Of a stretch of DNA of 24,045 bases, positions 16,583 to 23,224 are shown piece by piece. A model generated the notes under the pieces. That model ran no database searches, had not been told where the DNA came from, and saw only the letters and a program-made list of their open reading frames with translations. Source of the stretch: a virus (lineage: Duplodnaviria > Caudoviricetes); IMG/VR virus record IMGVR_UViG_3300020043_000469, positions 1 through 24,045 of that record; one strand, written 5' to 3'. Numbering within the stretch: position 1 is the first letter of the stretch; each line of letters starts with the position of its first letter. A program made the translations under genes and the position numbers.

Positions 16583-17790
16583 CTACATGATCACATACCT
16601 GCCCCCTGCGTTGGCTGATAGCTTGTTGAGCGCGACGTAACGCACCGCGTCAATGGCGTGGTTGTACTTATCAATCGGCACTCCCAACGAGGCACCTGTC
16701 TTATCCGTGTCCCACGTGTAGTTCCTCAACTCCTTAATCAAGTTCGTCGATTCGCGCGTGACCAGTAGCGGCTGCCGCTTCAAGATGTCGATGCTGTTGC
16801 GGATGCTATCTGCGCCCTTCGTCGCCGGGTGTATATTGAAACCAAGGCGATGCACCTCTTCGATGCTCTTCGGCTCTGCACTGTCTGCGATGATCGGCCA
16901 CGACCTGCCGATTCCCAGCTTGCGCAGGTGTTCAGCGATGTCTTGGTTCGTCAGGCCGTTTTGGTAGAGCAACTCATGCAGGAGGATAGCACTGCCTCGC
17001 TTGTAGACCGCCACGACCGCCGTGGGATCGTTCGTGTACCCCCAGTCCAAGCCGATGGCTACCAGCTTATCACCAGCAAAGTCGATGCCGTCCACCTGCT
17101 GCCAATCGTCGAAGACCACGCCCTGCAATGATCCGACTTCACCCAAGCCGTAGACCTTCCACCAGTTCGCCCAGTACGTCGATGTCGCCGCCTTGACCTG
17201 CGCCGCTTCGATGTCGTCGCGGATCGTAGCCGGAAGCGCCTCATTGTCGCGGTAGGTCAGCACAATCAACTCACTGTCTTGCTCTGCCAATACTTCGGTA
17301 TGCGCCCAGAACTCCGACACAGGGTTGAAGTCGATGTAGATGGCTTCGCTCGTTCTGATGGCCAGCTGATGGTACGCCTCGAAGTCGATGTTGTTGGCCT
17401 CATTGATGTATAGCACCTGCCGCCGTGCGCCGCGTAGCTTCGCCTCTTGATCTGCACTGAAGAACTCAATCGTGCTGCCGTTGGCAAAGGTGTATGTCAG
17501 CAGCGTCTTGTTCCAGCCTTCATCACGCCAGCGGTTCGTCCACTGCATGACCTTGCCAAAGTCCTTCATCGCGCCACGGCGTAGATGCGGTATGGATTCA
17601 GATACGACGCTGATCTCGGTCTTAGCCTTGGCAGCTATGTGGATCAGGACTGCGAGTATTGCGTATGTTTTTCCTCCCCCGCTCGTTAAAGCGGGGGCAA
17701 GTATCCAGCGGATGTCCCGCCCTGAATTACCTTCTTTCGGGCAGTCATCCGCCGTATTCGGCTGATTGCTGTTGTGTACTTAAAGTCCAA
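16583..17790 (-). CDS. terL: Terminase large subunit (PBSX/XtmB family), coding sequence interrupted by a 32-nt insert in Walker A
   Basis: TTG 17790 reads MDFKYTTAISRIRRMTARKKVIQGGTSAG (to 17704). The other frame resumes KTYAILAVL... at 17671 and runs into the 328-aa ORF with LRG, YINEAN (Walker B), DFNP, GLDWGYTNDPT, ADSAEP and NHAIDAVRY. Joined product 391 aa. Confidence 0.9.
17672..17706 (-). other. Candidate translational-bypass element: GGA-TACTTG-CCCCCGCT-TTAACG-AGCGGGGG-A-GGA
   Basis: Matching GGA codons at 17706-17704 and 17674-17672, perfect 8-bp stem (17697-17690 with 17683-17676), in-frame TAA (17688-17686) in the loop. The insert is directly visible; the mechanism is inferred. 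Confidence 0.65.
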
Positions 17791-17807
17791 CGGCTTCGGT
17801 GATTGCG

Positions 17808-18848
17808 TCAGTCATTGGTGACGTTGTTGATGCGTGCCTGTGCTATTGCTACATATTCGGCCTCGCGTTCAATCCCGATAAATCCAAAGCCTTCGAGTGC
17901 CGCCGCTTTGCCTGTGCTTCCTGAACCCATGAACGGATCGAGGACTACTCCGTTGGGAGGTGTCACGAGGCGGCAGAGGTAGCGCATGAGGTCGGTAGGC
18001 TTGACTGTTGGGTGGTGGTTATTCTCCCCCCTATCCGCTTTGCTCGCCTTTGCGCAGTAGAAGAAGCGTGCCGAATCTTTCAGCAGGTCTGTGGCCTCCT
18101 CGCTGCCATCGTGAATGAAGTTGGCAGGCCAGCGGCCTTGAGTTGCCGCCATCGGCTCGGTCAAATTGTTGGCAAGGCTATCGCGTCCATGCCATGCGGT
18201 ACCGCCACGGCCATTTGGGTAAGACCATCCGGCGTTATCGCCCACCCTTCCTCCATCCACGTTGATAGCCCCTGTGCCGTATTGCAGCACGTTCTCCGCA
18301 ACAGTGCCAATCAGCGGCTTGCGTGCTACGGTGATAGGCTCAAGGGCAGGCTTGAGCGCAGTTCCCCAGCCTTGCCATTGCTTCGCTTCGGGGGTGGCGG
18401 GGGTGGTGATTTGCATAACCCCGCCACGCTCTATGTCGCCACCAAAACAATTATTTCCTTCGTACCCAAAACTTTGTAGTTTTTTTACTTGTCCAACCAC
18501 CTCCCGCTCCGCACCCGCCGCCTTATCAATCGCCTTGCTCACATCCAGCGACTTCGGGAATCCGCTGCCATACACCCACGCAATCATGTCGCGGATCTCG
18601 AAGCCTGCATCCTCAATCCTTACCGCCATTCTATGCTGTGTCCTCGTTCCGGCGAAGGCCAGCAGATGCCCACCGGGTTTCAACACCCGAATGCACTCCG
18701 CCCACACCTCAACGCCCGGCACGTCGTAGTCCCACTTCTTGCCCATGAATGACAGGCCATACGGCGGATCAGTGACGACAGCGTCAACGCTGCAATCAGG
18801 CATAGACCGCAAGACCTCAAGGCAGTCGCCGTGTATTAGTTCAGTCAT
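17808..18848 (-). CDS. DNA methyltransferase (N6-adenine/N4-cytosine, beta-class motif order)
   Basis: N-terminal VTDPPY catalytic motif, HPTVKP, and C-terminal VLDPFMGSGSTG SAM-binding motif. Confidence 0.92.
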   Translation of the reverse strand: MTELIHGDCLEVLRSMPDCSVDAVVTDPPYGLSFMGKKWDYDVPGVEVWAECIRVLKPGGHLLAFAGTRTQHRMAVRIEDAGFEIRDMIAWVYGSGFPKSLDVSKAIDKAAGAEREVVGQVKKLQSFGYEGNNCFGGDIERGGVMQITTPATPEAKQWQGWGTALKPALEPITVARKPLIGTVAENVLQYGTGAINVDGGRVGDNAGWSYPNGRGGTAWHGRDSLANNLTEPMAATQGRWPANFIHDGSEEATDLLKDSARFFYCAKASKADRGENNHHPTVKPTDLMRYLCRLVTPPNGVVLDPFMGSGSTGKAAALEGFGFIGIEREAEYVAIAQARINNVTND

Positions 18849-19245
18849 TGAATAGCGGCTGCTCGATTTTGACTTCGTTGTGGGTTTTCTCCGCTAAGCC
18901 GTTAAGGCGCTGCGTGATGCTCGTGTTGTAGATGCCGCACATACCGCCCCTGATCTGGTCAGCGCGGATCGTGGTCTTGATGCGCGTACAGACATCCACA
19001 TAACGGTCGTATCTCCCATCGGGATTTGTGAAGTATTGATCGATGCTTTTTCCAATGCCCTGCTCATAGCAGTAGACCTGAAAGCCCTCAAACGTCAGCG
19101 GGTTTTCGCGCTCACGATGCACCTTGTCAGCTTTAACGCCAACATAGTCCTCAACAAGCACAGGCGTTGCCTTCGCTTTCTTGCAATAGTCGGAAAACGC
19201 ATCCCACATTGCCTCTGGTGTTTCAAAGTTCAACGGCTTTGCCAT
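18841..19245 (-). CDS. terS: Terminase small subunit (gp3-like DNA packaging protein)
   Basis: FETPEAMWDAFSDY, PLTFEGFQVY and GIYNTSITQRLNGL motifs; upstream of terL. Confidence 0.75.
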   Translation of the reverse strand: MAKPLNFETPEAMWDAFSDYCKKAKATPVLVEDYVGVKADKVHRERENPLTFEGFQVYCYEQGIGKSIDQYFTNPDGRYDRYVDVCTRIKTTIRADQIRGGMCGIYNTSITQRLNGLAEKTHNEVKIEQPLFND

Positions 19246-19436
19246 TATGCCTCCATGTTTGTGACGATGTCAATAATCTTTTCTATGACAGCGACCTTCG
19301 CGTGCATCGCATTTGGTGCTGTGCTTTCTTCCAGTGAGTCCAACACGTTTGATAGGTTTGTCAACAGGTGTCCGCGATCCTGCCAGTCGAGTGCGCGCGC
19401 TTCCTGTTCGATTGTGATGTCGGGTTGTGTCTGCAT
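19245..19436 (-). CDS. Hypothetical protein (63 aa)
   Basis: Fills the gap between neighbours; TAATG coupling to terS. Confidence 0.6.
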   Translation of the reverse strand: MQTQPDITIEQEARALDWQDRGHLLTNLSNVLDSLEESTAPNAMHAKVAVIEKIIDIVTNMEA

Positions 19437-19437
19437 G

Positions 19438-19905
19438 TCAATCTTCGTTTAGTTCGCCTAATTCTCGCAGCTTGTTCCTGCTCCAGCCAAGCGCAGCCTT
19501 GCCGCCCCAAAGCAGGTAGCTGATGTATCCACAGTCGCTCGTTGAGTCTGCGTTGTCGTAGTACGTTTCCGCCCTCGACAGGTAACTGTGCATCCGCTTT
19601 ATTGTTTCAACGCTGATGCCCTCGCCCTTGGCCAGTTGCTGCGCCCTGACCTTGCCTGTCTGCGTTGCGCACTTGTTGCCGTTGCGCTCGTTCAGCTCAA
19701 TGCCGCGCTTGGCGTTGTTGCGCACCCCCTCGCCGTAGTCCGCGTAGGTGTCAGCAAAGGCGCTGCGGTCTGCCTCCCATTGCCTCGCGCAGACGAGGTA
19801 GCGCTGCTGCTGGCTTGGGAACTCGCTGGCAGTTTTGTCATCGCCCATGCATCGCTGGATGAAGTCGGTCTTGCTTTCTGATTCGCGTGGTGTAGGTAGT
19901 GGCAT
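19438..19905 (-). CDS. Phage hypothetical protein (possibly head-associated)
   Basis: Start ATG 19905 (MPLPTP) 5 nt after GATATTTA; contains GKVRAQQLAKGE...TIKRMHSYLSR...SYLLWGG, a pattern I associate with phage proteins. Confidence 0.7.
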   Translation of the reverse strand: MPLPTPRESESKTDFIQRCMGDDKTASEFPSQQQRYLVCARQWEADRSAFADTYADYGEGVRNNAKRGIELNERNGNKCATQTGKVRAQQLAKGEGISVETIKRMHSYLSRAETYYDNADSTSDCGYISYLLWGGKAALGWSRNKLRELGELNED

Positions 19906-19910
19906 ATTGA

Positions 19911-19938
19911 TAAATATCATTCAGTCGATAATCGTGCG
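19911..19938 (-). promoter_or_regulatory. Putative phage late promoter CGCACG-N14-GATATTTA
   Basis: GATATTTA exactly 5 nt before ATG 19905; upstream box degenerate (GCAC core kept at the same spacing). Confidence 0.6.
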
Positions 19939-20147
19939 CGTGCGTCCATTGCGTCTGCCATCATCTCCTGCAGCCGCGAAACGGCGCATGATCCACACCA
20001 CCAGTTCGTCCGTCCGTAGCCGTTGGCGTTGGCGACGTTCTCCAACATCGACACCTCGCCCGGTGATAGCGACATGGTCTGCGACGCATAGTAGTTGTCC
20101 AGTTTGTGCTTCACCGAAAGCACCTGCATAGCTTCGTCAAGTGTCAT
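19917..20147 (-). CDS. Hypothetical protein with CxxC (WWCGSC)
   Basis: 76 aa, ATGA-coupled to the upstream gene. Confidence 0.65.
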   Translation of the reverse strand: MTLDEAMQVLSVKHKLDNYYASQTMSLSPGEVSMLENVANANGYGRTNWWCGSCAVSRLQEMMADAMDARARLSTE

Positions 20148-20398
20148 TTTTCGGAAAGTTTAATGGTCAGCACCGTCAACCCGGCAGCGCTTAATCCGAC
20201 AGGTATGGCAAGCAGCCAAGGGAGGCTGGAGGCTGCGATGGTCAGCACCACCCCCCACCAAAAGGCGAGGCAGGTCAGGCAGGTCAGCGGCTTGCATTTC
20301 GCATAGCGGTAGTACCACGATGGCAGGACGTTATAGCGGTTCATCGCCAAGGAAGTCATAGTGGCCAAAAGCAAGATAGTAATCAGATCCAAGTTCAT
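20144..20398 (-). CDS. Small membrane protein with CxxC (KPLTCLTCLAFW)
   Basis: 84 aa with 2-3 hydrophobic segments. Confidence 0.65.
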   Translation of the reverse strand: MNLDLITILLLATMTSLAMNRYNVLPSWYYRYAKCKPLTCLTCLAFWWGVVLTIAASSLPWLLAIPVGLSAAGLTVLTIKLSEK

Positions 20399-20900
20399 GT
20401 TTTAGTCGTTGTTTGCAGTTGTTGATGGTGTACGAAATTGATCGCCAAGGTATCTTGGTGTGGCGCTCGATGAGTTTCTTGTTGCCCAGTTCAAGCCACA
20501 GGAGGAATAGCTGTTTGTCGTATGGGTAGGCACCGGCTTTCGCCCAGCTATCCATGACTTCGAGCGCCCGGTTAAATATCGCATCAGGCCTTGCGTCATA
20601 CGGCTCATCAGCTGCCTCCAGCTGCTGATCGGCGATTTCTTCACGCAGTTCATTGTGTCTGAAGTCGCGTTGAAATTTAGAGTTGCGACTTCGGTATAGG
20701 TTGATCGCCATTCGCACGATGTAGAAGTTGAGGTAGCCTCCAGCGTGCATGGCTTCGATCTTATCGGCTGGCTTTTCATATAATCGGATGACGAGTTCAT
20801 GTTCGAGGTCAGGCGCAAGGTCATGCGTAGCAAGCTGCCTCGCTATCTGCCGCAGCTTGCCGCTGGTGTACAGCGTTAGTATGATCGTGCGTGCCTCCAC
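20331..20900 (-). CDS. Phage RNA polymerase sigma-factor-like protein (ECF-sized)
   Basis: Region-2-like DLEHELVIRLYE...FYIVRMAINLYR and region-4-like HTH KKLIERHTKIPWRSISYTINNCKQRLK; 189 aa. Confidence 0.7.
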   Translation of the reverse strand: MEARTIILTLYTSGKLRQIARQLATHDLAPDLEHELVIRLYEKPADKIEAMHAGGYLNFYIVRMAINLYRSRNSKFQRDFRHNELREEIADQQLEAADEPYDARPDAIFNRALEVMDSWAKAGAYPYDKQLFLLWLELGNKKLIERHTKIPWRSISYTINNCKQRLKHELGSDYYLAFGHYDFLGDEPL

Positions 20901-21228
20901 ATTGGTCGCAAATATACATAGTATCTTTTGGTCTGATGTTGTGTGGTTCGTAGCGCTTAATTTCTTTGAGCCAAGTGTACTTGTTCATGGTTACTTGCAG
21001 GATGTAGATGACCTCCAAGCCGTGGTGTACTGTCGAATAATGGCGACGCATCAGCTTGGCTATCTCCATCAGCGTCATCTGCATCTTACTGCGCATCAAG
21101 TGCATGAGGCAGTATCGCGCTTCGGCGACTTCGCGGTGACGGTCTTGGCTCTGCATTTGACGTAGGCCAACGCCGGTGCGCTTGGTTACCTGTTCGGCGT
21201 AGTAGTAGAACTCCCTTTGTCTGTTCAT
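20821..21228 (-). CDS. DnaA C-terminal-like HTH DNA-binding protein
   Basis: RHREVAEARYCLMHLMR...TLMEIAKLMRRHYSTVHHG resembles DnaA domain IV (R...AR..AMYL...SL..IG..F.RDHTTV.H). Confidence 0.75.
   Translation of the reverse strand: MNRQREFYYYAEQVTKRTGVGLRQMQSQDRHREVAEARYCLMHLMRSKMQMTLMEIAKLMRRHYSTVHHGLEVIYILQVTMNKYTWLKEIKRYEPHNIRPKDTMYICDQCGGTHDHTNAVHQRQAAADSEAACYA
20909..20916 (-). promoter_or_regulatory. Bacteroidota housekeeping-type -7 promoter box (TATATTTG)
   Basis: Matches TAnnTTTG, 8 nt upstream of the sigma-like gene GTG at 20900. Confidence 0.55.
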
Positions 21229-21563
21229 TGGTTGGTGGTTGGTTTGTTGATTGCTTTGAGAAAATCATCCAGTGATCGGACGATGAAGTATTTGTAGCCG
21301 GCCGATTCAATCTGCATCTGCCAAATCTTCTGCGCCACGTTTTGCCGCCCTGTTTCGGTCTTAAACTCCAGCGCTATCAATCCTGTTGGCGACAGGTATA
21401 GCATATCCGCTACACCAGCGACGACACCCATGCCCTTCATCACTGCGCCTTGATAGCTGTTGTTGCTGTTGTTGTTCACTGCAAAGAGTAATCCGCGCTC
21501 TGCTTGGTAGTTGTTCCAGTGATAGACGAAGCACTGGGATTGAAGTCTGAATTCTGAAGACAT
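21225..21563 (-). CDS. VRR-NUC (PD-(D/E)xK) nuclease
   Basis: SEFRLQ...GVVAGVADM...LEFKTETGRQ...Q..W...YFIVRS; likely start ATG 21563. Confidence 0.85.
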   Translation of the reverse strand: MSSEFRLQSQCFVYHWNNYQAERGLLFAVNNNSNNSYQGAVMKGMGVVAGVADMLYLSPTGLIALEFKTETGRQNVAQKIWQMQIESAGYKYFIVRSLDDFLKAINKPTTNQ

Positions 21564-23011
21564 GTGAATAGTGGTTGGCCGTGATCGTTTTTTAGTTCCT
21601 TCAAAAAGAAAAAGTACCCCATGCGGTATCCGCACAAATTTAGCAATTTTTTGGCGGTCTGTTTGTCCTTAATGATGTTGTGCAACACCCAATGCAGCTT
21701 GATTTTCTTTAGCTTAATCAATGCCGCCACCTCTTCCAATGTTGCCTGTTTTGCCATGTTGCGGTAGTCGATTGGTGTGTAGCTTCCGTTGATCTGCAAT
21801 ATGACTTCCTCACCCATCTCCCCGACTTTGACTGGCGCTACGTAGCCGCACGCAGGACATTCAGCCAGTGCGGATAGCATCATATACCCGCACTTCCGGC
21901 AGTTCTTCTGCGGCGCTACGCCTTTGCTTTTCTTGGCTTTTTTCTCCAGCTTCCAAACGCGGTCAAACTCCCACGCCTTGTGCTGCTCCCTGTTGTTGCC
22001 GAAGTCAAGTATGGTGAACTCCTTCTTGGTCGGCGTCACCCGGCTGCCCCTGCCGCACATCTGAAGATACAGCGGCAGTGACTTTGTCGCACGATAGAGG
22101 ATTACGACTTCGACGTTTGGATCGTCAAAGCCAGTGGTTAAGATGCCGCAGTTGCACAGGATGCCGTTTGTACTGGCTTTGAACCACGCCAACACCTCCT
22201 GTCGTTCATCAGGCTTCATCGTGCTATCGAGGTGCCTCGCTGGCAGTCCTGCGCTTTGCAGTTCGTCGCATAGCTCTTTGCTCGACGCAATGCTTGGTGC
22301 AAATGCCAGCGCCTTCTTTCCAGTGCAGTAAAGGAGGTAGTTCGTTATCACTCCGCGAAAGACCTTCTGCTTGCTGTACGCCGCCCCCAGTTGCGCCGCG
22401 TCGTAGTCGCCGTTGTAGGTTCGCACTCCTGTCAGGTCAACTGGCACGCTGTACGTCGTTGGCGTGGCGAGGTAGCCGTCGTCTATCAACTCGCGTATTG
22501 TGACAGGATCGACGATTTTCGTGTAAAATTCCTTGAGCGCCTTTTGGTTGCCTTCGCGATGCGGCGTTGCTGTCGCGCCTATGACCGTTGCCTTTTCCGG
22601 TATGTAGGTGAAGAGTTTGTCAAAGCTGCCTTTGTGCGCTTCGTCGATGATTACGAGGTCGATGTCCTGCATCATCTTTTCGTATTCTGACTTTGCCATT
22701 CGGCGGTTCAGCGATTCAATCATCGCTATGTAGCAGGTTGAAGGCTGCAACTTTGCGTTGCCCTGCCTGATGGCGACAGGTGAAACGTCGAAGCGTGTCA
22801 GTGCGCCGTCGGTTTGCGTCAGCAGTTCGACGCGGTCAGTAACGATCAGCACCTTCTTTTTTTTGCTTAGCGCAGATTGCACCATAGCGCTGAACATGAC
22901 GGTCTTGCCGGCACCTGTTGGCGCGCAGAGGATCACGCGCCTGTTGCCTTCCCCAATGGCAACGCGCAGTTGCTCAATGGCCTTTTGCTGATATGGTCGG
23001 AGTGTAGTCAC
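21476..23011 (-). CDS. Superfamily 2 DEAH helicase (RadD-like) with C-terminal zinc finger
   Basis: LRPYQ, APTGAGKT, IIDEAH, ATATP, LTTGFD, QMCGRGSR and CRKC...CPAC motifs; likely start GTG 23011. Confidence 0.9.
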   Translation of the reverse strand: MTTLRPYQQKAIEQLRVAIGEGNRRVILCAPTGAGKTVMFSAMVQSALSKKKKVLIVTDRVELLTQTDGALTRFDVSPVAIRQGNAKLQPSTCYIAMIESLNRRMAKSEYEKMMQDIDLVIIDEAHKGSFDKLFTYIPEKATVIGATATPHREGNQKALKEFYTKIVDPVTIRELIDDGYLATPTTYSVPVDLTGVRTYNGDYDAAQLGAAYSKQKVFRGVITNYLLYCTGKKALAFAPSIASSKELCDELQSAGLPARHLDSTMKPDERQEVLAWFKASTNGILCNCGILTTGFDDPNVEVVILYRATKSLPLYLQMCGRGSRVTPTKKEFTILDFGNNREQHKAWEFDRVWKLEKKAKKSKGVAPQKNCRKCGYMMLSALAECPACGYVAPVKVGEMGEEVILQINGSYTPIDYRNMAKQATLEEVAALIKLKKIKLHWVLHNIIKDKQTAKKLLNLCGYRMGYFFFLKELKNDHGQPLFTCLQNSDFNPSASSITGTTTKQSADYSLQ

Positions 23012-23224
23012 TTGTAGTCGGTTTGTAGTAGGTTTTTTGCGAGATAAGTTACTACAAAAAAACGGCCTTTGCAATATCGTGGAGGGCGTTTTTTGCATTT
23101 GTAGTAAGTGTAGTAAGACTTTTTTAATAAAAAGAGTATGTATTATATGATGACGATATGAATAAGATTCACGCACATATAGGGTTTCAAAAGTGCGTTT
23201 GTAGTAACTACATCTTACTACAAA
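23003..23224. repeat. AT-rich spacer with nine TGTAGT/ACTACA repeats; candidate replication origin
   Basis: TGTAGT at 23003, 23013, 23024, 23100, 23109 and 23200; ACTACA at 23051, 23207 and 23217; AT-rich core about 23115-23170. Confidence 0.6.

Noticed and set aside
16583-17569. 328-aa ORF as a complete terminase starting at ATG 17569
   Set aside because: It lacks Walker A; terminase-like coding sequence continues upstream to 17790 across the 32-nt insert.
17672-17703. The insert as a group I/II intron, intein or intrinsic terminator
   Set aside because: Far too short for a self-splicing intron; frame-disrupting, so not an intein; no U tract follows the stem on the coding strand.
18394-18427. 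9-bp inverted repeat (GTGGCGGGG/CCCCGCCAC) in the methyltransferase as a second bypass element
   Set aside because: The reading frame is intact, there is no stop, and the loop is long; probably chance.
20573-20580. Seventh GATATTTA inside the sigma-like gene
   Set aside because: No TGCAYA box at the 14-nt spacing and no nearby start codon.
21635-21642. TAAATTTG box inside the helicase gene upstream of VRR-NUC
   Set aside because: About 70 nt from the likely start and within coding sequence; cannot be distinguished from chance.
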